From the NCBI GenBank assembly GCA_963693365.1, contig CAVNZM010000011.1, positions 930,001 through 994,000 of the forward strand: a stretch of DNA of 64,000 bases. The letters are read 5' to 3'. Under the pieces are notes generated by a model, which saw nothing but the letters and a program-made list of their open reading frames with translations, made no database searches and was not told the origin of the DNA. This document shows, piece after piece, positions 22,257 through 34,900 of this stretch. The position numbers and the translations under genes were made by a program. Position 1 is the stretch's first letter; the number at the start of each line of letters is the position of its first letter. This stretch comes from Amoebidium appalachense (Eukaryota; Protista; Ichthyosporea).

Positions 22257-24360
22257 GAACAAAACGGGATAAATATTCAAGTAAAAAGTAAATGGCCATA
22301 TCACATGAAGTGATTCGCCCTTCAGGTGTAGTGCTCTCCTCCATAAAAAAAAAAAAAAAAAAATGAAACAAAAAATCCCTATTCTACGAAAACACAAAAC
22401 GAATTTTTGTTCTTCGATAACCTGTAGTGCTAAAGTGGGGCCTCCCAGTCCCTCCTCTGCCAAAAAACAAAAAACATACGTGTAGTGAAAAGGTATCACT
22501 ACATCTGGTTTTTTCCCCCGTATCCCGTCCCCCCCCTCCCCCCACCCCCCCGAAACGTTTTTCACGTTCCGTGGAACAATCTTCGACCAACAAACACCAT
22601 CACTCTTAGGCTCTACCAAGACCCCCCCTGTCACTGTGTGTTTTTTCATAAACTTTCACTTTGCACCGGAGCCCCCCCTCCCCTCATACAGGGGAGACCT
22701 CTTGGCCCACTTGCCTGTGTTTTGCTGCAAACCGAGCAACAATGGAGCAACTCCCCGGCCCCCAGCCCCCCCCCCCCCCCCCCCCCCCCCCCCTTTTTCC
22801 CGGACCCCACAAGCAGATTCACAGATATAATTTCTCATATCAAACTTCTTGAGACCCCCTCCTCCCAAAAAACCAACCAACGACCGCCGAATCTACTGGC
22901 CATCCACTCACCCATGCAACTCAACAGCCACTAGTAAATAATGTGCACGCGCTATCACATTATGCCCCAACCCTTCAAAATGTGTATGGCATGTGCAACC
23001 CCCCCCCCCCCCCCCCCCCCCCTCCCCCCCCCCCCCCCCCAGGCTTTCTCCTTTTTCAAACTTTCATGGCTGAGTTTTACACGATGGAGGTGGTGCCCTC
23101 TCCACCCTCTCACTTTGTGTGTTTAACTTTGTTGAGCGAAATCATTACAAATGAGATCCCCCTCCCCCTCCCCCCCCCCCCCCCTTCCCCCCCCCTTACC
23201 CCCCCTCCCCCCCTCCCCCCCCCCCCCCCCCCGCGCCGAAAAAAAACAAGGGAAAAAAAAAGAAGGGGGGGGGGGGGGGGGGGGGGGAGAAGCGGGGGTT
23301 CACACCCCATCCGAGACCTTATCCTCCTCCCCCGTGTCCCCCCCCCTCCCCCCTCCCCCACCACCGCCACCTCCCCCCCCCCCCCAAAAAAAAGCAAAAA
23401 ACACCCCTGCATTTTTTGTTCAACGGAATTCTCTTTATCTCTCATGCTCCGCGGGCCACTCCTAATTACACGTTATTCACCGAAAACAACATGCTAATGG
23501 TTATGCTGGCCGACGTATGCGAGGGGAGTGCCAAAAATCCTGCCCTGAATTTGGGTTGTATTTGTCTTTTGCACTTTGTCTAAGTGGTGGATAGGAATAC
23601 GTCGGTCCACTCCCAGCCTATAAATATGCGGTGGGAGGTGGTATAAATGGGTGTTTTCAAGGCTTCCGATTATATCATTAATACTCGGATCACAACCAAT
23701 GCAGGAACCCATAAATTTAAAGAACACACAGGTCAGCCGAGGTGGTTTTTGATGCAAATCATGCATTCAATTTTCAGCCATACATATTGGCTATAGTTAT
23801 GCAAGACCCATGATCACACACCACAACTCAACACAATGTGAAGGTGGGGCGTGGTGTCATGTGCACCATTCCTATCCTGCACTGATACACACAAATTATC
23901 CCCCCTCCCTCACCATCCCCTCCCCCCCCCTCCCCCCCCCCTCCCCCCTCCCACTCCCCTCTTTTTCCTCCCCACCCCCCACCCCCCCCTCCCCCGGGCC
24001 CCGTTGTGCGTGGAGAAAGCCTCACCACTGCAGCAGCGGCCGGTGGCCATGGGTTCCATCGGATGCAATCAAGCCGGAGGGGACATTATCAAGAATGGTG
24101 GATTCTTGTTTGCTGGCCGAGGGGGGAGAGGGAGGGGGGGAGAAACGTGCATCATGTGTGGGTATGTGGTGTATGTGTGTGGTGGATGCACAGGCCACTG
24201 CCCAATGTAACAAAGCGGTGCATGGGCTGATGTCTGCATCGTATGTGCCTCTTAGAAGACCCATCTTGCAAGCCTTAGGTCAGCAGGGTTCCAGGCCCGG
24301 ACCCCCAGGGCCCTCCCGTTCCCCCCCCCCCCCCCCCCCCCCCCACCCCCCCCCCCCCCC

Positions 24361-27300
24361 CCTCCGGATCCCTCCCCCCCCCCCCCTCCCCCCCCCCCTC
24401 CCCCCCCCCCCCTCCTCTCCCCTCCTCCCCCCCTGTACCCCCACTGCCACCCGTGGCACCGTGGGCAACCCACCCAGCACTCGCGGACTGACCCATGGGT
24501 CCCAGTAGGGGTGAAGGTTATCGATTCCCCTAGCAATTCTATGCACACTACTGAACCCCCGTTCCCCCCTTTCCCCCCTCCCTCCCTCCCCCCTCCGGAT
24601 CCCTCCCCTCCCCCCCTGTAAACAGTTGGACTAGTTAGGATAAGGCAGAGTACAACTGAATCAAAATAAAGACAGAGAACGGGTAGAAAGGCACACGCGG
24701 CCAGGTTGCTTTTACTATGGGCCGACTCAGTCTGTCTCAGACTTCACTGATGTGATCCCCGTACTGGGACGGCTTTCTTATATAGCCCCCAGGTTTCGGA
24801 TCAAGGCCCAGGATTGGTTCATCCGCGGCCAGCGCGGGTGGCAACATGCCATTCGTGATTCTGGTGCGGTCCGAGCCAGTCAGACCTTCGTCCTATTTAT
24901 GCAAACCTCTTATTGGTTCACTTCGTTTATGTGGTATGCAGCGGAAGAACCATATATGGTTCAATTCTTAGGTCAGAGTGAGTCCTATTGGTGCGGACAT
25001 AATATTTATGTGATATTCATGACAAAGCACGAATCGTGTGCTAGTAGATCACATTCTTTAGTAAACATGTACAGTTCATGTGTACAGTTGTTTACACTCC
25101 CCCCCTTGTCGGGAGCCTGGTGGTGTCGTTAGACAAGCAAACCACCAGGCTGAGAGGCGATAAACAACCTTCAGCGAGAATTCTTGTGCGCCGACCTGCT
25201 GGGCAGAACAGAGCAAGGACGGTTGAATAGAGTTGTGCACGTCTATGAGCACTTCTTCATTTGCCAAAACGTAAATTCATGCAGCATTCTTCTGTGATTT
25301 CATTTTCGTGGCGAAGATTGTTGCAGAGTGTGTGCGAATTGTTCGCTTCGTCTCTGTGCTTGGCTTTTCTGTAGAAGTAGTATTTTTCTTTTGGGAATTT
25401 TTCCTTTTTAGGATACTCCCGCAGATTCGTTTTCAATTGCGAGTAATTTGGTTGTGTGGATGAATGATCATACCAAACATTCGATAATGAATATAACTCA
25501 AGGCTTAGGTCACTTCGTAGCTCAGGTAGTGGTGGATAGCTTCAAGGCTTAGCCGCTGCTCCTTATCCCGGTTCTACCTTAAGACTGTAAGGCGAGTCGC
25601 CATGGCCAGAAAAGCCACTTCTTTCATGAACAAATAGCACTTCTTTCCTTTCAGCTTTAACCCTGCATCATCGGAGCTGGGAAAAACATGAATAAAAATG
25701 CCCCAAGTGTTCTTCGTTGGGCGACATAAAGAAATATATCAGCCCGTCAGAATTCGAACCAGTAAAAACCCGGTTCATAATTCATAAGAAGAGGGTAGGC
25801 AAAGCAAACCTTCTTCAGAAAACACATGCTTCCATTCGTGAGCAGTTTTCGTATCCCATTTGCCAGCCATTTTCGTTGAGCAGGGGGATTCCAGGCATAA
25901 TACATTCTTCTGGAGGCTTGGCCTAAAAAGAAAAGTCGTCACAGTCGCCCTTTCTTTTGTAAGCAACTTCGTGAGCGCGCTTCGTGTTTTCATATCCTCC
26001 AGTGCAGGTCTGGATGGTGCCCCATCCTCTGCTTCATTTGTAGGTGGCCCTACTGTAGGTTCTGTTCGTTGTGTGGAATACCAAAACCATTCGTATTCGT
26101 GGAACTGCTTTGTGCTGTGCTTTCTTTCGTGTTGGTGTTCATGGAGTTACCCAATTCACACACCTACTACTTTCATACATCAGACGTAAGTAGCTGCCTG
26201 GGGAGTGTGTGGTTCGTGTTCCTGGCATTCTTCTGTTCCTTCGTGAGAAGAATATTCGTTTTAGCAGAGGTGCCCAATAAGGCAGCTTGTGGGGTTGTCT
26301 CCCGCATGTGCCCATTGGTGGGGTATGCACGTGCTAAATTGTTACAGTGTCATCATATTGCAAGGGAATAACATGGTCACCTCCGTACCAGGGCCTAGTA
26401 GGTACACATGATGGTCCGATGTGTTAGTCAACAACACCTTGCATTCGTATTCGTATTTGTCTTCCACGTCACTTTCTTCAGTAGTGAAGGAGGGTATTCG
26501 TAATTCGAAACTGAAAGGCTTCCAGCCAAAATACTGACACTGTATGATGGGGTTGTGAGGGAGCGGTGCCCATACCACATTCTTTTGTTCTGGTGGGGGT
26601 GTGCCGGCAGCTAGTGCAAGGCTTGACAGTGTAATTGGTATGTTACACCGTATTGCCACAGACGGGCATTCACCTTAAAATTCGTACCCAACACCTTCTT
26701 TGTTTTTCACATGCATGAACAAAAGTTCTGCATCGACTTTATTACATGCCTTTTGTGCACCAAGAGTGCAAATTCGTTAGGGCGTGGCACCAGGAAGGGC
26801 CGCCATACATGAGTCAGGCATATGTTCGTAATGTGTTTAGGCATGCCAGCATACATTCATGCGCATGTTGTGCATCCTGGGCGCTAAACTATGGGGCATG
26901 CTGTATTCGAGAACAGCAAGGGATTCGAAGCATGCATGCAACACTACTTTCATAAGATCTTAGGTCCTACATGCTATAGCAACAGCGACTATCTTCTTCG
27001 TTAAGTGCATTTGTGCTGAAAGTGGCCGTGCATCTGGCTTGCGAGTGTGGACGTGCATGCGGTGGCATGGACACGATGGCAGTGTGCAATAGGGCAATGC
27101 ACGCAAGGGCAACGGTTTTATTTTCTTCCTAACATAGAGGGGGCTGTGTGCATTGCAACCCAAGCAGTGTTGTGCATTCGTCCTTTCATTTTCGTATTTC
27201 CAGTTCATTTTGCTTTCGTTTTTCGTTTTTTGTCGTTTGATAACTTCGTTACTACGTTTTGTTTTCGTGTTGCATTCATTTCGTATTTCCTCTATGCAAT

Positions 27301-28420
27301 CGTTTGTCGTTAATTCTTTATTTCATTGCGTATTCGTGATGGTTCGTTTTTCGTTGGTTCATTGCTTCGTTAGCAATTCTTTATTCGTTTGTTCGTGTAT
27401 TCGTTGTTTCGTTGTGTATTCGTTTTTCTTCACATTTTTGATGTGTCGTAGCAAAAGAAGTTTTACATGCTTTCAATTCTTTCCGTGTAGGTGGGCTGGC
27501 CACTTCAAACTTGTAGGTGTATATATTCTAAGCCGGACAAGGAAAGATGTGCCTATCATCGGGGTAAAAAGGATTGTGATCGGCCATGGGAGATTCTTGA
27601 GCTGATTGAAAGATGTGAGATTCTTGAACTGATTGAAAGATGTGAGATTCGAAGGATGCGAGATTCTTGAACTGCGCGGTCGCCAATGTAAACAGTTGGC
27701 AATGTAAAACAGTGTCCTGCCGCGGTCGCCAATGTAAACAGTTGGACTAGTTAGGATAAGGCAGAGTACAACTGAATCAAAATAAAGACAGAGAACGGGT
27801 AGAAAGGCACACGCGGCCAGGTTGCTTTTACTATGGGCCGACTCAGTCTGTCTCAGACTTCACTGATGTGATCCCCGTACTGGGACGGCTTCTTATATAG
27901 CCCCCAGGTTTCGGATCAAGGCCCAGGATTGGTTCATCCGCGGCCAGCGCGGGTGGCAACATGCCATTCGTGATTCTGGTGCGGTCCGAGCCAGTCAGAC
28001 CTTCGTCCTATTTATGCAAACCTCTTATTGGTTCACTTCGTTTATGTGGTATGCAGCGGAAGAACCATATATGGTTCAATTCTTAGGTCAGAGTGAGTCC
28101 TATTGGTGCGGACATAATATTTATGTGATATTGATGACAAAGCACGAATCGTGTGCTAGTAGATCACATTCTTTAGTAAACATGTACAGTTCATGTGTAC
28201 AGTTGTTTACACCCCCCCCCCCCCCCCCCCCTCCCCCCCCCCCCCCCCCCCCTCTCCCCTCCTCCCCCCCTGTACCCCCACTGCCACCCGTGGCACCGTG
28301 GGCAACCCACCCAGCACTCGCGGACTGACCCATGGGTCCCAGTAGGGGTGAAGGTTATCGATTCCCCTAGCAATTCCATGCACACTACTGAACCCCCGTT
28401 CCCCCCTTTCCCCCCCTCCC
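24361..28420 (+). repeat. Local tandem duplication (~230-bp unit, CCTCCGGATCCCT-polyC-unique ~170 bp) whose second copy is split by the LTR element
   Basis: Segment 24413-24581 recurs at about 28251-28420. CCTCCGGATCCCT occurs at ~24361 and again at ~24592, just before the LTR. Confidence 0.75.
24617..28211 (-). mobile_element. Non-autonomous/degenerate LTR retrotransposon (Gypsy-like) with two near-identical ~480-bp LTRs
   Basis: LTRs at 27733-28211 (5') and 24617-25096 (3') with TG...CA inverted termini. The PBS on the minus strand, TGGCGACCGCGGCAGGAC (27731-27714), is complementary to the 3' end of eukaryotic tRNA-Arg(TCG). PPT AAGGGGGGGAG abuts the 3' LTR (~25097-25107). Flanks are CCCCC/CCCCC. 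The 2.6-kb interior has no intact gag/pol. Confidence 0.88.
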
Positions 28421-28569
28421 CCCCCCCAGCCTCTCCCCCCGCAGTTTTCCAATAAGCAGAATAAGAATCCGAAAAGTTGCTGTGCACGTGGGATTGGGGT
28501 TGAGGAAGGTCGTTTGTGACGAAGCGGTGGGGGAGGGCAGGGCGGGACGGCGGAGGGGAAGGTGTAGGG

Positions 28570-28600
<31 letters not shown>

Positions 28601-29071
28601 GGGGGGGGGGTTTGAATGCGGAACACGGTACGAAGTACGCATACACGAAGGACACATGCAAAGGCAAACATTCAAGTATGCAACATCAGCCATGCGCACA
28701 GTATGCGTCATAAGCAGAGCCCGTCCTCAGGGAGGGCCCAAGTGGGGGGGGGGGGGGGGGGGGGGGCATACAGCACAACTAAACGAGCAACAAATGTTAT
28801 GCCTCAACGGTATCCTATTCCCCTTTGACAGATCCCGGAGGCGGGGAGTTAGAGAGAGCGGCAGCGGCGGCGGAAGGGGGGAGGGGGAGGGAAGGGGGGG
28901 GGGGGTGGGGGGGGGGGACGGCCGTAGCCTGACACACTTTCAGGCGAGCGTTTGCTCAACCGTTTTGCAATTGAGTATGTGAACTCCTACACGAGGGTGC
29001 AATATTTTTAAATAATTTCTGAAACACTGCAAGAGGCCATCTTTAGCTCGGCAGCCCCCAACCCGCCTTCT

Positions 29072-29102
<31 letters not shown>

Positions 29103-30228
29103 GGCAAAATTTTAAAATTATCTTTTAGCTACTGTTTGACCGTTTTTATGAATTCCCCCTTGCAATTGCAATGCTATGCACTATGGGCACATTGTGTGTT
29201 ATCAAGTAAGAAGCATATAAGCTTATGGTACTGTAACCGTAACCTTGGCGCAGAAGCACCGAGAAAATGCACTAAACATAGTATGTCTATAAGAGAATTT
29301 TGTGGCGTTGTTAGCTGTCAATAAGTGATTGTTGTGGTGTTGGCAGCTAAGTCAGGTACAGTATACGCTCGGAGTGTGTGGGACCAGCTGCATGGGGTTG
29401 ACTGATTGGTTTACGGGGCCACAGACACTGCGGCACACCAGAGGAGTGGGCACAAAAACTTACGATGTGCTGACTGGTGGGCTGGGCACAGGGCGGCATG
29501 TGCCACAGGGTGTTTCCCAAACACATACATATGTATGGGCATATGGCATACAACTACTAGTAACTGTCACGGTTTCGTTTCTGCTTTTTCTTTCCTTCAG
29601 TTTGTCGTTTTCTTTTCCCTTCCTTTCTTAGGTTCTTCTTTCGTTCGTTCTTTCCTTCCCTTTTTTACACCGACTTAAAAAACTCTTCATCTTCTACGTG
29701 TCGTGCCAGGAGTGGCCACCTGCCATGGAACATGCACTGGCTACAAGTAAAATAAGGTGGAGGGTGAAAGCAGGACAGCCTGGCCCCCACGCACTATGTC
29801 AGTGCTGGGGTCCTGAACTTCCTTCTGCTTACTCCCGAACTCTGCACATGAGCCACCACATCTGGCACAGTTTTCTAAACTGGAGATCATGGCTGTTGGT
29901 ACGTGTGCAGCTTGCTCGGGAAAAACAGTGATTGGTTTTGGTGTGCGTAGAGCCACGGGGGAAAAATTTATTGCTGAGCACGTGTGTCACGGTGTGCGGA
30001 AATGGAAAGAGATCTACAAGTACATCTGCAGCACAACAGTGTGGTCCACTTAGGCGTGTGATTGCTACGACCTCTGTATGTGTGCAACTGGGCCTATTGG
30101 TGTGATGTGGAGGTGGCTGTGTGCGCGTATGTGCTTGTGTGTTTTGTGTGTGCACGTGTGTGTATCATAACCTTGCTTTGCCAACGGTGTGTATGTGCGT
30201 GTGAAGGTGTGTTCGAATTAAGTCACTG

Positions 30229-30310
30229 TAATGAGACTTGGGTGACTAGATTGACCATGGTCTGCACTGCAATAATGAGACTTGGGTGACTAGATTGACC
30301 ATGGTCTGCA
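30229..30310. repeat. Two-copy tandem repeat (~43-bp period)
   Basis: TAATGAGACTTGGGTGACTAGATTGACCATGGTCTGCAC appears twice. Confidence 0.85.
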
Positions 30311-31996
30311 CGCTACACGATGAGTATGGTGAATAAAAAAATTCATCTTGATTTCTCTCTTTTTGTTTCTCCCAGACTGCCACAAGCCTATTTGCCAGCT
30401 TGCAGCCTGCAGTGTTGAAGGGCCTGTAGCATGGCGGAATGATTGGCGTAGCAACAACGACGCGCTCAGATGTCGAGTCTTGCAAGGTTTAGCATGTAAA
30501 GATAGAACAGGAATGAACCAGGGGAAAATGGGCAGGCTAAAACTGAACACGATTGAACTAAAGAAAAGTTCGTTATATTAATATATATATATATATCAAG
30601 CCGCTTGGAGCGGGCCCACAGTGGCCCCCACTTGAACACTTCCACAGCTGCACACAGGTTGTTACACTTGGAGTGGGGCCCACAAGTTCACAACTTTGCA
30701 CAAGTAAACAACGCACCTTCGGCGCCTGAGATGTTGTTTGGACGCGGAGCCAATGGGATAGCCACAATACATTTTTGCCTGCTATAGGGAACCAATCAAT
30801 TGTACAACTAGGGAAAGAATGTCCATTTACCCGCCTCTAGCAAAGCTCTCCTATTGAACCGTGGATAAACCAATCCGATCACAGACTGACACCTTCGAAC
30901 GGCATCGAAATGGAACAGCCCAGTAGCAGCGTGCGTGGATGTCACACTGGTTTTGAAGTTGCGCAGAGCGTGAAATACATCATAAAACATACATATTTGC
31001 ATGCTTATGTATCTCTGCAGCTTGCGTTTTCTGTCATTCTTATATGTGGTCCATGCCATCACGGTGTCAACTGGCGGTAAATCCCATACATCAATGGCGT
31101 CACTAGCTATCATGTCGCGAGTAAGCCGCAGTCAGCTCCATTGAGCGTATGCGCATTAGCTCAAACCGAGCAATGAAAAGGTGGGTTTGTGTAAGAAATA
31201 ATAATACTAATGAATATAAAATGTTGTCACTCCTGATAACATATATTACCTAGCATATGCATGGTACATATGTGGAAGCCTTTGGAAGCGCTTGGGCGTC
31301 ATTAACTGTCACATTTGGGGTTTCTTGGACTGCCTTGATTGGAAGACTGTACTGCCCAATCGCTGTGAACCCAGTAGCTGCAAAGATAGTCAATTACACC
31401 TTGTACTAGATATGAGTCATTCAATTTTGACATTTATTTGTGTAGCTACAAATATACTGTATATTTGAGTAAATAAGTAGAACTTTTGTTGGCTCCGCCT
31501 TCACCTTTACGCCCAACGACATATCTGGGGTAGCCCGATCTGGCCTCTAACCATTGGTTCATGATCATGCAAATAAAGGGTTATACTCACCTTTTCGCCA
31601 ATCGGAGGAGATTTACTGAAAATCGATTGGATGCCAACTTTGTTCGTGGGCCCAATCCGTGCTGTAGAATTTCCCTAAGTGCGGATTATATAACTCGGAT
31701 AATTATGCTTTTGGCTTCAGTTGTTTCAGCGTGGGTGCGAGCTTGAGTCACATTGAATTTATCTTGCAGGCGTAGGCCCCTGCCTTCGCACACATACACC
31801 CTCACACTTGCATATGGTGATTCATTTACGTCGTACACACCACTTAGCACGCAGCCACTATCCATAGCTGCAATAGTAACCTAATGCAGGAACTGTAAAG
31901 CACACACACCAACATTTCCTACTGCTAGCAGCAGCATATCTGTCGCACAAAACATTGATAGCGTGTGAGGACCAGCAGGGCGTCGTGGGTTGCAGG

Positions 31997-34900
31997 ATGG
32001 CGGCAGCCAAAGCCCTCGCCATCGTTGCTGCATGTGTGAGCCTTCACACCGTGAAAGGTACGTCGTATGTGCTGTATGTGCAGGCTATTGCTGGCTGCTC
32101 ATGCTCTGGAAATGGTTTAGCTTGTGCCACATTCCCGAATTTGCAAGTGGGCACGTTCGAGCATATTTTGAACCGTGCACAGATGTCTGCGTGTTGTTGG
32201 CACGTGTCTCTGTATGTTAGCTGTATTGCTGATGTGTGATTGTGTTGTTTGGCGTAGGGGGGTTTTTGTGCGAGTTTTGCTCGAATTCGTGACTGAGGGG
32301 GTGTTTGTGCACCAACTCGTGACGAAACGTTGTGACCGAACGTTGTGACCGAACACTAGTAATGTGTATCTACATTACTAGTGTTCGGTCACAACGTTTC
32401 GTCTAGTATCCTCTTGCTTTCCCTTATTGTACACGAAACATTTGAAACACTCCGACTGTATGGTTTCTCATTTTCATGCACGCTCTCATCAGGCGAGGAC
32501 CAAAATCTGTAGGTCTAGTATCCTCTTGCTTTCCCTTATTGTACACGAAACATTTGAAACACTCCGACTGTACGGTTTCTCATTTTCATGCACGCTCTCA
32601 TCAGGCGAGGAAGCACAACACCGTGAGGCCCGTCAGGGGCTTGCCCTTGGGCGGCAACGCGAGTATGTGGTGCAGTGTGCCCCCAATTATGTGTACTGGG
32701 AGGGCTGGGGCTGTGTATACCAGCCACCCCCGGTGCCCGCGCCAGTTCCAGTGCCACCACCGCCAAAACCCGTGCCCGTGCCAGTAACCCCTACCCCTGC
32801 GCCGGCCACGAGTGCCAGCATCTACTCGTCAGGCAGAGAGACGCCGATTGTGTGTGGGCGTGGGTACAGGCTCAACACGGCCACGCTGCGCTGTGTGGAT
32901 GTCAATGAGTGCCGCACGGCCGGGCTTGACAAGTGCAGCAAGAATGGGCACTGCTACAACACATTGGGCTCCTTTTACTGTCGCTGCAAGGCCGGCTACC
33001 GCGGCAACGGCCTGAGGTGTATCGAGGACAAGGGCAGTGATTCGTCCTCCACCGTAGTCCCCCCACCCACCAGCAGCATCATTGTCCCCACCACCATTAT
33101 TCCGCCCCCTCCTCCCACCACTGTTCGACCACCACCAACCACCACCACCACCACTACGGCCCCTACCATAGCGCCACAACCAAGTCCCACTGGCTGCCCT
33201 GTCGGGTTTATCCAGGCATGGTGGAGCACGGACGGTGCGTGCCTCAACATCAACGAGTGCCTGGGCACCACCAACCGCTGCAGTGTGCAGGCCACGTGCG
33301 AAGACACCCTCGGCAGCTACACGTGCACGTGCAAGAGCGGGTGGACAGGCGATGGTGTGAACTGCAACTTCATTCCCATCCCTGTTACGACTACACGTCC
33401 CCCTCCTCCACCAACCACCGTCTCTCCCCGTCCTCCCACCACCACCACCACGACCAGAACCACCACTACCGTTCCCCCACCTCCTCCCACGACCACCGTT
33501 CCTCCACCTCCTCCCACCACCACCGTCCCACCTCCTCCTCCCACCACCACTGTTCCTCCTCCCCCTCCCACTACCACCGTCCCTCCTCCCCGTCCCACTA
33601 CCACCGTCCCACCTCCCCCTCCCACTACCACCATCCCACCCCCTCCTCCTACGACCACTGTTCCTCCTCCTTCCACTACCACTGTTCCTCCCCCTCCCAC
33701 TACCACCCCTCCCACTACCACTGTTCCTCCTCCCCCTCCCACTACCACTGTTCCACCTCCCCCTCCCACTACCACTGTTCCTCCTCCCCCTCCCACTACC
33801 ACTGTCCCACCTCCTCCCACGACCACTGTCCCACCTCCTCCCACGACCACTGTCCCACCACCTCCTCCCACGACCACTGTTCCACCTCCTCCTCCCACCA
33901 CCACCGTCCCACCACCTCCTCCCACCACCACTGTTCCTCCTCCCACGACCACTGTTCCCCCTCCTCCTCCCACTACCACGGTCCCACCTCCCACGACCAC
34001 CGTCCCACCTCCTCCTCCCACCACCACTGTTCCTCCTCCCACGACCACGGTTCCACCTCCCACTACTACCGTCCCACCTCCACCTCCCACAACGGTCGTC
34101 CCTCCTCCTTCCCCTACCACTACCACCACCACCACCACATCTGTCCCGACACCCGTGCCCACTACCACTACTACCACCACCACCACCACATCTGTCCCGA
34201 CACCCGTGCCCACTACCACCACCCAAGCCACGGTCACCACATCTGTCCCGACACCCGTGCCCACTACCACCACCCAAGCCACGGTCACCACATCTGTCCC
34301 GACACCCGTGCCCACTACCACCACCCAAGCCACGGTCACGATCGATTCCCTCGACTCCATGGACCCCTGCTACAAGCTGAAGGACGACCAGGGTCGCCGT
34401 GTGCGTCGTGAGTGGCGTGAGTTGACAGATGTGCAGCGGCAGAATTATCTGAGTGCCGTGAAGGAGCTCGTGCGCCGGGGGCAGTACCGCAACTACCTGC
34501 CCAAGCACGAGGCCGACATCACGGACCCGTTCGGCCACGCCTCCAACGCCTTCCTGCACTGGCACCGCTACTTCATCTGGCTGTTCGAGGAGCAGCTGCG
34601 CTCCCTCGGCGGCAACTACAGGTACTCACCCTGGCCCCATACTGCTCTGCTCATGTGCCTGCATGGTCTCCCTGTGCAACTCTAGAAAAACTTCAAATGA
34701 AAATCAACACAGAAATGAAACAGAAATGAAAATCAACACAGAAATCAAGAACGATTAAGCACATGCCTGTCACAGAATTCAAGAACTAAGCACATGCCTG
34801 TTGTGTAGGGTGAGACTATAAGCACCCACACATCATGTATGCTAACACCCACCCCCTGCAGCTGCATCACGCTGCCCTATTGGGACTGGACCATGGACCT

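Noticed and set aside
27714-27731. tRNA-Arg gene
   Set aside because: Only the 18-nt 3' end including CCA is present next to an LTR, so it is a primer-binding site.
24413-28420. Apparent ~170-bp 'giant target-site duplication' around the LTR element
   Set aside because: The CCTCCGGATCCCT marker is also duplicated before the LTR, so a pre-existing tandem duplication interrupted in its poly-C tract explains it more simply.
32829-34565. Long antisense/alternate-frame ORFs (578, 397, 347 aa)
   Set aside because: They are shadows of the stop-free Pro/Thr coding minisatellite of the tyrosinase gene.
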